Counted from the stretch's first letter, positions 1-11,487 are shown. The stretch is DNA of 64,000 nt from Pristiophorus japonicus (GCF_044704955.1 NC_091993.1:128650001-128714000); one strand, 5' to 3'. The notes: generated by a model from the letters alone, not told the origin. Made by a program: numbers and translations.

Positions 1-1053
1 TGCCATGCATTTGCCCACTCACATAACCTATCCAAGTCGCTCTGCAGCCTCACAGCATCCTCCTCGCAGCTCACACTGCCACCCAACTTAGTGTCATCCG
101 CAAATTTGGAGATACTACATTTAATCCCCTCATCTAAATCATTAATGTACAGTGTAAACAGCTGGGGCCCCAGCACAGAACCTTGCGGTACCCCACTAGT
201 CACTGCCTGCCATTCTGAAAAGTACCCATTTACTCCTACTCTTTGCTTCCTGTCTGACAACCAGTTCTCAATCCATGTCAGTACACTACCCCCAATCCCA
301 TGTGCTCTAACTTTGCACATCAATCTCTTGTGTGGGACCTTGTCGAACGCCTTCTGAAAGTCCAAATATACCACATCAACTGGTTCTCCCTTATCCACTC
401 TACTGGAAACATCCTCAAAAAATTCCAGAAGATTTGTCAAGCATGATTTCCCTTTCACAAATCCATGCTGACTTGGACCTATCATGTCACCTCTTTCCAA
501 ATGCACTGCTATGACATCCTTAATAATTGATTCCATCATTTTACCCACTACCGATGTCAGGCTGACCGGTCTATAATTCCCTGTTTTCTCTCTCCCTCCT
601 TTTTTAAAAAGTGGGGTTACATTGGCTACCCTCCACTCCATAGGAACTGATCCAGAGTCAATGGAATGTTGGAAAATGACTGTCAACGCATCCACTATTT
701 CCAAGGCCACCTCCTTAAGTACTCTGGGATGCAGTCCATCAGGCCCTGGGGATTTATCGGCCTTCAATCCCATCAATTTCCCCAACACAATTTCCCGGCT
801 AATAAGGATTTCCCTCAGTTCCTCCTCCTTACTAGACCCTCCGACCCCTTTTATATCCGGAAGGTTGTTTGTGTCCTCCTCAGTGAATACCGAACCAAAG
901 TACTTGTTCAATTGGTCCGCCATTTCTTTGTTCCCCGTTATGACTTCCCCTGATTCTGACTGCAGGGGACCTACATTTGTCTTTACTAACCTTTTTCTCT
1001 TTACATATCTATAGAAACTTTTGCAATCCGTCTTAATGTTCCCTGCAAGCTTC
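1..1053 (-). mobile_element. Young CR1 LINE, 5'-truncated ORF2 (RT region), continues beyond window start
   Basis: Reverse complement of ~60975-62015. The antisense ORF translations are near-identical to those of the 58890-62850 copy. Similarity ends abruptly at ~1053. Confidence 0.93.
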
Positions 1054-1610
1054 ATGAACTCAATTATTTTAGGCTGTCTTCGAATGTATTTTATCCCTTT
1101 ACAGCCTTCATTTTGCTTTTTTTTCTCTTCTTCCTGATTAATTCATTTATTTTCTTAATTCTAATTTACTCTAGCAAACGCACAGCACTGGAGGTGGGCC
1201 AATGAATAGGAAGGCTTCAATTGCAGCCTATCTGAATCAGTGCCAAATGTGGTCAAGGCATCACTTGGGTTTTATTAGTTAGGCTGAGGATATCCTCGTG
1301 ACCTGGTGCGGAGTATTGGTGGAGGAAGGGTGAGAGGTGACGGGCCGGGTCACGAGACAGGGCCAGAAACGCTGAAGCTGAGATATTGCCCATGTTAGCA
1401 ACTCTCGTCTGCCCCGGTGAGGAAGAGTCCAGGTCGGGCCATCGCGGAGATTTCCCGCTGCACCTGCCTCATCGGCGGAGAGCAGCCTGGGCTGGTGGCC
1501 AGGCGAGTGGAGTGGAGTGGAGGGGTTGGGGATGGTCGTGGTCTCCTGGCCTGGGTCTGGGCCTGGTCCTCTATCTGTCTGACTCTTCCTCGGAGAAATC
1601 CTGCCTCCTC

Positions 1611-1980
1611 TGTAATGTATTTGCTTCATGGGTTCTTTGCTTAAGAATTCACAGCAACACATTGCTATTAAGGACTAATTGGGTTTATTAACAAAGGTTT
1701 AACAATCACACTACAAGTTACCAATTCATCCACCGGGCTCACATCTACCTGCCTCATTGTGGATCCCCCAAATCCAACTGGCTGGGGTTTTATTGAGTCT
1801 TGTGAACATCACATGACTGGCTAAGCCACTCCCAACTCAACAGCTTTACAACTCTTTTGTTGCAAAATAAAAATAAACATTAAATCAAGTGCCCCCTTAT
1901 TAAAGATAGGGGGTGGGGGCGGGGGCGGGGATCAACAGCTCTACAGATCTATGAGCATACTCGCAGGTGCGTACATTCCA
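1611..1980. mobile_element. LTR-like/MITE-like repeat copy 1, with a ~80-bp internal insert
   Basis: Starts TGTAATGTAT and ends GTACATTCCA. Homologous to 2206-2435 and 21304-21574. The insert is flanked by duplicated TCAACAGCT(T/C)TACA (~1838 and ~1932). Confidence 0.65.
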
Positions 1981-2205
1981 CCCTCCAAGCAGCTGTCCAG
2001 GATGTGAGTTTGTTTCAACTCCATAAACCCACATACTTTGTGCAGAGAACTGGGCACCAATTTCCAATGGGAGACCATTCCTGTTCCGCCATACAGCTGG
2101 ATGGGATCCCAGATATTTGCCCTGTCTCGGACTCCAAATATTCACATTTTAAGAATAGCTCTGAAGTTGAATGATGACACTCGGTTGTTCTAAGGGATCC
2201 CTGCC

Positions 2206-2435
2206 TATAACGTATTTGCTCCATGGGTTCTGTGCTTAAGAATTTGCAGCAACACATTGCTATTAAGAACTGGTTGGTTTATTAGCCAAAGGTTTAATGA
2301 TCACACTACATGTTACCAGTTCATCCACCAGGCTCACAACCACCTGCCTCATCGTGGATCCCCCAACTGGCTAAGCCACTCCCAACTCAACAGCTCTACA
2401 AACCCGTGAGCATACTCGCAGGTGCATACATTACA
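2206..2435. mobile_element. LTR-like/MITE-like repeat copy 2, internally deleted
   Basis: TATAACGTAT...ATACATTACA. Lacks the segment between two CTGGCT direct repeats that is present in copies 1 and 3. Confidence 0.65.
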
Positions 2436-2490
2436 CCGCAGTCAATAAGATTGAAATGTGCTGACGGAAATATTTTCGCTGTGCCTGCAG

Positions 2491-2748
2491 GTCGAGACCC
2501 ACCTGGAGAATCCCACCAAATACCACATCCAGCAGTCGCAGAGGCAACAGGTGAAGCAATACCTGTCCACCACCTTGGGCAACAAGCTGGCCACACAGGC
2601 CCTGTCGCTGGGACACTCGCATTCTCCTCAACCTACCACCGCATCGCCCGGCATCAGGAATGACCATGTGCTGCCCAACTCCACTGGAAACAGCGCCCCG
2701 AACAGCCCGATGGCCATGCTCAACATCGGCTCCAATCCCGAGCGAGAG
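2491..2748 (+). CDS. TFEB: TFEB coding exon (N-terminal regulatory region with mTORC1/ERK serines)
   Basis: ctgcAG|GTC...GAG|GTacag, 258 nt, phase 0/0. Encodes [32 protein letters not shown]...[35 protein letters not shown], matching the [23 protein letters not shown] segment. Confidence 0.95.
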
Positions 2749-2805
2749 GTACAGCTCACACTGCCTCGCCAAGATAGAACAAATAGAATGAGTGAAGGGC
2801 CTTTC

Positions 2806-3395
2806 ACCCATTAACCCCACTCCTCCCACAGCCCATGCACACTCTCCCCTATCATAGACCCCACCCAACCATTTAATCCTCTCCCACAGCCCATGTACGC
2901 TCTCCCCTATCATAGACCTTACCCACCCATTTAATCCCCTCCCACAGCCCATGGACATTCTCCCCTATCATAGACCCCACCCACCCATTTAATCCTCTCC
3001 CACAGCCCATGCACGCTCTCCCCTATCATAGACCTTACCCACCCATTTAATCCCCTCCCACAGCCCATGCACGCTCTCCCCTATCATAGACCCTACCCAC
3101 CCATTTAATCCCCTCCCACAGCCCATGCACACTCTCCCCTATCATAGACCCTACCCACCCATTTAATCCCCTCCCACAGCCCACGGACACTCTCCCCTAT
3201 CATGGACTGTACCCCACCCATTTAATCCCCTCCCACAGCCCATGTACGCTCTCCCCTATCATAGACCCCACCCACCCACTTAATCCCCTCCCACAGCCCA
3301 TGTACGCTCTCCCCTATCATAGACCCCACCCACCCATTTATTCCCCTCCCACAGCCCACGAACACTCTCCCCTATCATGGACTGTACCCCACCCC
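2806..3395. repeat. 58-bp minisatellite, ~10 units
   Basis: Unit CCACCCATTTAATCCCCTCCCACAGCCCATGCACGCTCTCCCCTATCATAGACCCTAC. Fills most of the short intron. Confidence 0.95.
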
Positions 3396-3509
3396 AGTGA
3401 ATGTGTTTTAGACAGGGTATGATTGTGGGAGAATTTGCCATGTGTCAGACACGCGGAGCGGGTATGTTGCACGTAAAGTTGTCTTGTTAACTCTCTGGTC
3501 TATTTCTAG

Positions 3510-3605
3510 ATGGACGATGTGATTGACGATATCATTAGCCTGGAATCCAGCTACAATGACGATATTCTGGGGTACACAGAGCCTGAACTACAGACGCCGA
3601 ATACT
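3510..3605 (+). CDS. TFEB: TFEB coding exon (acidic activation domain)
   Basis: tttctAG|ATG...ACT|GTaagt, 96 nt. Encodes [32 protein letters not shown]. Too short to appear in the ORF track. Confidence 0.95.
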
Positions 3606-4539
3606 GTAAGTCCCTGACGTGTTAGCCAGCGCTCTGATATGAGACTGGGAGGGCTTCCCTTGGGAAAAAAGTTTTAAAAATATACTTTTATAGAGAATTA
3701 TGATTCATCCTCTGCATCTGGTGCTGAAATAACCATAAGTTGTGTTTCTAAATCATTGATGATACCATTGAGGAAGGTTTTGAGCCAAATGTTGTGGCTG
3801 AGTGGAAATAGATCGACTCCCAGCCAGTCCTCCAATTGTGTCACTCATGGATGCTGTAGAACAATGTATTAATCATCAGTCATGAGCAATATCGATCAAT
3901 TAATTGATTTCAGTAGAAATTAAAGTCGAGCAGGTTTTATAGCGGGTGATGGATTCACTCCACGCGTTTCCCACCCAACCAGTGAAGGGGAAATAACCCT
4001 CAATGAGTCGAGAATTGGTGAGTCAGCACTGAGGTCAGCTAGAGACTAATTGCTTTCTTTATCTTTCGTTGATACTTTTTGTTTTGAAATATTGCTTGTT
4101 CATTGATTGGTTTCAGATCTGTTTGGTTGTAATTGTTTATAGCTTCATGAATATGATCATGGAGCCAATCAGCAGCAAGTGTGGCACTGACTTTGAAGTG
4201 CGGCATTTTGAAGTGAGAGACTATTAGTTGCTGTCGGTGGCATTGCGCATAGAGGGTCAGAGGGTCAGGTGCTGTTTCCAGGGGGTGGTCTGTCCAGGCG
4301 CCCGATGGTGCTGGCGGGGGGCTTGGTCCGTTTGTCGGTAACTCATGTCCTGGGCACCACGGCCGTGGAACAGGCTGCCCCGATGCAGTCCCACCAGCTC
4401 CGGGACACTGCAACATTGGGCGTAGGTCCCGGAGCGCTGGGGGTTTCTGCGGAGGTGGGAAGGACCCAGTTCGCAAGCAGCCCAGGGTCACATGGAGCCC
4501 GGAGGAGCTGCGGATCCTCCTAGCCCCACAACATGAAAA

Positions 4540-5185
4540 AAGACAAGCATTCTATAGCGCCTTTCACAACCTCAGGATTCCCCAAAACCCTTTGCAGCCC
4601 GTTATGAACTTTTGAAGTGCAGTCACTGTTGTAATGTGGGAAACACGGCATCCAATAGTGCACAGCAAGGTCCCACAACAGCAATGTGATAATGAGCAGA
4701 TCAACTGTTTTAGAGATGATAATTGCAGGATAAATATTGGCCAGGACACTGGGGAGAACTCCCCTGCTCTTCTTCAAAACAGTGCTCTGGGACTTTTTAC
4801 GTCCACCTGAGAGAGCAGACGGGGCCTCGGTTTAACGTCTCATCCGAAAGACGGCACCTCCGACAGTGCAGCACTCCCTCAGTACTGCCCCTCCGACAGT
4901 GCGACGCTCCCTCTGTACTGCCCCTCCGACAGTGCGGCACTCCCTCAGTGCGGCGCTCCCTCAGTACTGCCCCTCGGACAGTGCGGCGCTCCCTCAGTAC
5001 TGCCCCTCCGACAGTGCGGCACTCCCTCAGTACTGCCCCTCCGACAATGCAGCACTCCCTCAGTACTGACACTCCGACAATGCGGCACTATATTATATGC
5101 TCAAGTCTCAGGAGTGGGACTTGAACCCTCGACCTTCTGACTCCGAGATGAGAGAGTGCTGACCACTGAGCCACAGCTGACACCC
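4540..5185 (-). mobile_element. DeuSINE (SacSINE1/AmnSINE1-related) with internal 33-bp array (~7 units, 4858-5090)
   Basis: On the minus strand: tRNA-like head (TGGCTCAGTGG, GGTTCAAGTCC), Deu core GGATGAGACGTTAAACCGAGG, and tail GGCGCTATAGAATGC. Confidence 0.85.
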
Positions 5186-5542
5186 TGGTTCAATAAATCA
5201 GAACTTGCCTTCTGAGCATCTCATTGGCTGGACAGGCAGCTGAGACTGAGCTGAGCCAAGCTCAGTCCGTGAATGCCCAATTGGGGGTCCCATGTAAGTC
5301 ATCGTACCCCGATCTTTATATTAAAAGGTGCCTCCTGTCATCCTCGGGCAGGTATCCCGGCCGCCCAGAGGGAGGTCTCTGGGAGTATAGGAGTGTAGCC
5401 TCAAGCACACCGTCAGTAGGGAGCGGTAAGTCAGGAACCCATTTCCACCGGGGTGGGGGGGGAATGTCTCAAAACCTCCCCCAGATAGTCAAGACCTTTA
5501 TAGATTGCAGGTGTGCGGGAATGGCTTGAGAATAACCAGCCG

Positions 5543-5845
5543 ACAACAACAACAACTTGTATTTATATAGCGCCTTTAACGTAGTAAAACGTACCAAAGG
5601 CGCTTCAGATGACTATTATGAGATTAAGAATTTGACACCGAGCTGCATAAGTAGAAAGCTTGGTCAAAGAGGTTGGTTTTAAGTCGTGTCTTGAAGGAGG
5701 AAAGAGAAGTCGAGAGTTTTAGGGAGGGAATTCCAGAGCTTGAGGCCCAGGCAACAGAAGTCACGGCCACTAATGGTTGAGCGATTATAATCGAGGGGCA
5801 GCATCAGAGGAGCGCAGAATCTCGGGGCGTTGTGGGTGACTGGAG
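5543..5845 (-). mobile_element. L2-clade LINE 3' fragment
   Basis: (CAA)n CTTGTATTTATATAGCGCC tail. Minus-strand translation includes RSTISGRDFCCLGLKLWNSLP. Homologous to 62851-63390. Confidence 0.8.
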
Positions 5846-6418
5846 GAGACTCGGAGTCAGAAAAATGTAGGAGCAAGTTCTCGGATTGAGTGCTCCGAGT
5901 GGAGCTTTGCCCAGTCCCGTATCGAGGAAGAAGAATGAATGTGGCTTCAAGCTGTCCGTGCTGACTGTCACACACAAACTCTGCACTAACTCAGAGATCT
6001 GCCTGGGAGAGACAGAGAGAGGTCGATCGGCCGACGCTGCATTTCACAGCACAGCGAGGCTTGTTGAGTGGTTGTGTGTGACACAGCTCCTCAGTGTTGT
6101 GGTTCCCAGTCTGTGCCAGCCAACTCTTGGCACATTTGTCTGAGCCTCTCACTGCTGCCAAACTGAAGTGCTGGCAATTTATTGATGAAGTTGGGTCCAG
6201 CCATGAGATGGAAGGATTGCCTACCTTGTTGAGTCACTATTATTCTTTCAGCGACGGAGTGTTACGGCCCAGCTTGATGTAGGAAAGTGTGCTGATTCTG
6301 GGACTATGCTGCGCTCCATCACCCTATACCACCGCTCTGCAGCCTTTCATATGATTGACCACACACACAAATCTCCTCCAAAGCTTCTTCTCTGTTGTCC
6401 AGCTCAGTGGGACTACCC

Positions 6419-6840
6419 AGCATTTCTATAGCACCTTTCACAACCTCAGGATTCCCCCAAAACACTTTGCAGCCAATGAAGTACTTCTTGGAATGTAGTC
6501 ACTGTTGTAATGTGGGAAATGCAGCAGCCTATTTGCGCACAGCAAGCTCCCACAAACAGCAAAGTAATAATGACGAGATCATCTGTTTTAGTGATGTTGA
6601 TTGTGGGATAAATATTGGCCCCAGGACACCGGGGATAACTCCTTTGCTCTTCTTTGAAATAGTGCCGTGGGATCTTTTACGTTCACCTGAGAGGGCAGGC
6701 GGGGCCTCGGTTTAACGTCTCATCTGAAAGTGCACCTCCGACAGTGCAGCACTAGGTTATGTGCTCAAGTCTCAGGAGTGGGACTTGAACCCACGACCTT
6801 CTGACTCAGATACGAGAGAGTGTTGCCCACTGAGTTACGG
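6419..6840 (-). mobile_element. DeuSINE without array expansion
   Basis: Same head, core and tail as 4540-5185, with only one partial 33-bp unit. Confidence 0.85.
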
Positions 6841-8364
6841 GTTCAGTAAATCAGAACTTACCTTCTGGGCATCTCATTGGCTGGACGGGCAGCTGAGACT
6901 GGGGGTGGGCGAGACTCATTTGGTTCCACTCTTACTCATCCGATTGTAGCCAGAGCATCGCCAGCAACGGCTTCTCTTCCCGCTTCAGCCTGTACCTCAA
7001 CAACACAGCCCAACCCTTCCAACACCTGCCTCAATCTCTCCGCTACCTTCGTGACGTCACACTGACTGTCCTACATTCGGTCTTGGGCGGAATGCAATCT
7101 CCGCCAGTTGAACATTGGGAAGACTGAAGCCGTCATTGTTGGACCTCGCTACAATCGCCGTACCCTTGCTGCTGATTCCGTTCTCTGTCCCCGCCCATTG
7201 AGGCCGAACCAGAAATCAGTGAACGGGAGCATGGCAAGCCATGGCGGTTGGAGAGGACAAAGGGAGAGAGATGAATTGGACTTCGTGTGGGGCAAGATGT
7301 GGGCAGCGGAGTCCTGAATGAGTTGGTGCAGAATCCAAGTGGTCCAGATTTAGGAGAGTAGGGAGTGTGTCGGGACCATAACACCAGATGTTAAGATCAA
7401 TCTGCCAAACATGATGTTACGCGCTGTCGCTAACTTTAGACTGCAATGTTTAGTGAGTCTGTGAGGCTTGCTTCCAACGGCTATAAGATAGGACCTGACT
7501 GCGAAATGCCCAGGAAACAGCCATCGAATGGGAGGCAATAATGTTATAGGATGGACTCAACCCTCCATTTGTTTGTCCATTACATCGTCACCATCAGAAA
7601 TTAATAACTGGTGAAACTCCCTAAATACTTCTGAATAAGAAATATAATAATTTAGCCCTTGATGGTTGTCTGTATATTGGAACCAATGATCCAGTTCTGA
7701 CCCGTGTGGTGGTGCATGCAATGATGGGATAACAATTTGTCCCAAATGAAATTGAGAAAGACCCCTAGGAGTCACCGAGCGTTTTTAACGTGAAGACCCG
7801 CACCTCTCGGAATCCTCAGTCCTGTTGAGCTGCAGCAAGGGCTGGTAGCTCGCTCTCTCCCTGAGCCCAATGCTAAGACATCACACTCTCCACAGTAGCT
7901 ACTTTTGAAGAACCGAGAATCAGCAGGGTCCAATCTGACAAAGTGCTGACTCACATTGGGTGCCGTTCCGCAGGCCGACAAGAAATATCGCAACACAAGG
8001 AAAGTTGGAGGCGGGAGAAAGTTCACCAGTCAGAAACCTTCCCTGCTCCTGGTCGAGGAATGTGAGCTAGGTGTGTGAAGTGTGTCACCACAACCGGGAG
8101 CAGGATTCGGCTCTGGGACCACTTCATTCCAAGTTGTTGAGGGGGCGGGAAGTATTTGGCAAGAAAGGGGATTTTGAGTTTCTTGCACAGTTCCTTCTAA
8201 CCTCATCCACTCAGCACAATCTTTGACCCGTTGCAAACTCGGGACTTGCTTAATCTCAGGTTTTTTTTTGAAAGCCTCTGCTGTAAACATTAACAATGTT
8301 GCTTCCAGAGGTTACGTTCTAACTGCTGGGAACAAGCTAAAACCTTGCTGCTGTTCCGTCTCGC

Positions 8365-8462
8365 CCAATAAAGAGCTGAAAGTCTGAGAGGGAGGGGGAG
8401 GGGGAGGGGGAGGTTAAAGTTCTCTCACTCCTCCCTTGAGCTGCGATCCTCTGCCCTCCCAG
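8365..8462 (+). promoter_or_regulatory. Candidate intronic promoter and/or 3' splice site
   Basis: CCAAT at 8365-8369, (GGGGGA)n boxes at 8390-8413, Inr-like TCACTCC at 8425-8431, and a pyrimidine tract plus AG ending at 8462. Confidence 0.35.
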
Positions 8463-8464
8463 CA

Positions 8465-8554
8465 ATGCCGGTCTCTGAAGACAATGAGAGCCTAAAGGAG
8501 CCAAGGAGGACCATTGCCATCCTTAAGATCCATAACCCTCTGCACTTCCAGCGG
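8465..8554 (+). CDS. Candidate alternative TFEB exon (30 codons)
   Basis: gcaATG...CAGCGG|GTAAGA. Encodes MPVSEDNESLKEPRRTIAILKIHNPLHFQR. Phase 0, compatible with the exon at 16274. No homology recognised. Confidence 0.4.
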
Positions 8555-8649
8555 GTAAGACCTCTGCCAGCAAACGGCAAATCCAGCATGGCGCTGTCGG
8601 ATTCAGACAACGCGATGGCGAAGTGTGGCTGCATTCTGTTCAAGCCCGC

Positions 8650-9219
8650 TCCCTGCCCATCTCTCCGTTTGTCTCTGTCTCTTTCGCTCTCTTTCCCGTC
8701 GCTCTCTTTCTCTCATTATCTCTTTCTGCCCCACTCTCTCTCTCTCTCTCTCTCTCTATGTAATATTGAAATAATCTCCTTTGCCCCCCATGCTCTGAGT
8801 AGAGCACTGTTGTTGGGGTATGTCAAGCCCCACTGCAGCGTGCATGTGCTGTGCACTTTTCTCGCGTGGATAATAGATTTTAGTCTTAGCTTTTATTTTT
8901 TCCACTCTGATTTCCTCCCCCCTCTCCTGAAGGTTCTGACAGGGACCAGGAAATGCCTCAAACTGCAGCCTCTGTCTCTGTTTCTCTCTCTCTCTGCATC
9001 TGTGTCTGTCTTTCTCATTTGTTTCTCGCTCTGGAGCTCTCGCTCTCTTTGCTCGTCCCCTCCCTCCCTGTCTTTCTGTGACTCTGCTGCTATTTCTGTC
9101 GCTCTCTCTTTTTCGCTCCCTGATTTCTGATTCTTTATCCTGCCTGTAGCTCTCTCTGTCTTTGTTTCTGACTCTCTCCCTCGCTCTCTCTCTCTCGGTC
9201 TGCCCATCCCTCCGTTTGT

Positions 9220-9252
<33 letters not shown>

Positions 9253-9745
9253 GGTCTGCCCATCTCTCCATTTGTCTCTCCCTCGCTCACTCTCTCTCGA
9301 TCTGCCCATCACTCTGTTTGTCTTTCCCTCGCTCGCTCTCTCTCGGTCTGCCCATTTCTCTGTTTGTCTCTCCCTCGCTCTCTCTCTCTCTCTCGATCTG
9401 CCCATCACTCTGTTTGTCTCTCCCTCGCTCGCTCTCTCTCGGTCTGCCCATTTCTCTGTTTGTCTCTCCCTCGCTCTCTCTCTCTCACCCAGTCTGCCCA
9501 TCTCTCCATTTGTCTCTCCCTCGCTCGCTCTCTCTCTCTCGGTCTGCCCATTTCTCTGTTTGTCTCTCCCTTGATCTCTCTCTCTGTCTGCCCATCTCTC
9601 CGTTTGTCTCTGTCTCTTTCGCTCTCTTTCTCTTGTTATCCCTTTCTGCCCCTCTCTCTGTCTCTGTCTCTGTCTCTCTCTATGTAATATCAAAATAATC
9701 TCCTTTGCTCCCCAGTGCTCTCTGAGTAGAGTTCTGTTGTTGAAA
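8650..9745. repeat. CT-rich low-complexity block with a ~55-60-bp tandem unit (GGTCTGCCCATCTCTC..TTTGTCTCTCCCTCGCTC(TC)n)
   Basis: Direct inspection. About 9 units between 9160 and 9620. Confidence 0.9.
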
Positions 9746-10061
9746 TACCAGTTTAAATCTTTTAACATCAGTGCAGAGATAATAGAACACACAGTTCTGC
9801 TGTCAGCACTGAGAAATTTTACAAAGTGAAGTTTTTGATGGTCTTTGCATGCTGATTGCATCTGCACAGCAGGCCCCGAGGAGCTGACGGGTTGTGAGAG
9901 CAACTCTTGCATTGCTTGCCGACACGCAATGCATCAGTTGTGTAACCGAGTTACACTGTAACTGACCCACCACTGAGTCAAACTTTTATCAGCCCAGTTT
10001 TAAGGAAGGTGCTCGATGAGATCATAGTTTAGCAGCAGGCTTCACAATAGATCAGTGCTGC

Positions 10062-11487
10062 ACAAAAGCAAAATAATGCGCATGCCGGAATCTGGAATAA
10101 AAACAGAAAATGCTGGAAATATTCAACAGGTCGGGCAGCGTCTGTGGAGAGAGAAACAGAGTTAATGTTTCGGGTCAGTGACCCTTTGTCAGAACTGGAG
10201 AGTGTTCGGAAAGAACGGATTCTTAACCAGCACTGAAAGGGGGAGGGGAAGGAAGAACAAAAGGGAAGGTCTGTGACAGGGTGGAAGGCAGGAGAGATTA
10301 GAGACAAAAGGGACGATGGGCCGAATTGAAATGGTCATGCCAGGAGTTAGACAAACATTAGTCAAGATCGGGTGTGAATGGTGTGATAATGACCAACTGC
10401 CATTAGAGATACGGAGAAAAAAAGAAAGAAACAGGCTCAGGGGGATGGAGGGTGGGGGACGGGGATGGGGGGGAGCCAAAGATTGGCAGTGGTTACACTC
10501 TGAAATTGTTGAACTTGATGTTGAGTCCCGAAGGCTGTAAAGTGCCTTAACGAAAGATGAGGTGCTGTTCCTCGAGCTTGCGTTGAGCTTCGTTGGAACA
10601 GTGTAGGAGACCGAGGACGGAGAGGTCAGAGTGGGAGTGGAGCGGGGAATTAAAGTGACAGGCGACCGGAAGCTCAGGGTCACACTCACGGACTGAACAG
10701 AGGTGCTCCACAAAGCGATCACCCAATCTACACTTGGTCTTCCCAATGTAGAGGAGACCACATTGGGGCCAGTTCATTAGATATATTCAAAAGGGAGTTA
10801 GATGTGGCCCTTGCGGCTAAAGGGATCAAGGGGTATGGAGAGAAAGCAGGAATGTGGTACTGAAGTTACATGACCAGCCATGATCTTATTGAATGGTGGT
10901 GCAGGCTCGAAGGGCCGAATGGCCTACTCCTGCACCTATTTTCTATGTTTCTATGTGAGCAGCGAATACAGTATACTATATTGAAAGAAGTACAAGTAAA
11001 TCGCTGTTTCACCTGGAAGGAGTATTTGGGGCCCTGGACAGTGGGAAGAGAGGGGGTAAAAGGGCAGGTGTTTGCATGGGAAGGGGAGGGGGTGCTGGGG
11101 GTGACTGCAGAATGGACCAGGGTGTCGCGGAGGGAGTGGCCCCTTCGGAATGCTGAGAGGGGAGGGGAGGAGAAGATGTGATTGGTGGTGGGATCACGCT
11201 GGAGGTGGTGGAAATGGCGGAGAGTGATCCGTTGAACGTGGAGGCTGATGGAGTGAAAGGTGCGGACAAGGGGAACCCTGTCATGGTTCTGAGAGGGAGG
11301 ACAAGGGGTGAGAGCAGAGGTGTGGGAAATGGAACGGACATGGTCGAGGGCCATGTTAACCACGGCGGAGGGCAATCCTCTGTTGAGGAAAAAGGAAGAC
11401 ATGTCAGAGGGACTAGTGTGAAAGGTGGCATCGTCCGAGCAGATGCGACGGAGGTGGAGAAACTGGGAGAATGGAATGGAGTCCTGG
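10062..11487 (-). mobile_element. Penelope-like retroelement 3' part (RT C-terminus + GIY-YIG endonuclease + 3' end), degenerate
   Basis: Minus-strand ORFs ...FTCTSFNIVYCIRCS / CGLLYIGKTKCRLGDRFVEHL...PVACHFN...RKLEEQHLIFR show the Penelope GIY-YIG with CCHH motif. The 3' end is shared with 55625-56090. Confidence 0.88.
10766..10955 (+). mobile_element. CR1 3' end inserted in the Penelope-like GIY-YIG region
   Basis: Matches 62655-62850, including GAATGGCCTACTCCTGCACCTATT and (TTCTATGT)n. Splits the YCIRCS..CGLLYIG motif. Confidence 0.9.

Noticed and set aside
91-1014. Plus-strand ORFs (MSSANLEIL..., MATLHSIG...)
   Set aside because: Antisense shadows of CR1 ORF2, repeated in every copy.
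7350-7775. Protein-like minus-strand ORFs in unique intron sequence
   Set aside because: Short, interrupted by a stop and no family recognised. A tBLASTx search would be needed to revive it.
8756-9912. Glu/Arg-rich and Leu/Ser-rich ORFs
   Set aside because: Translations of CT/GA microsatellite.
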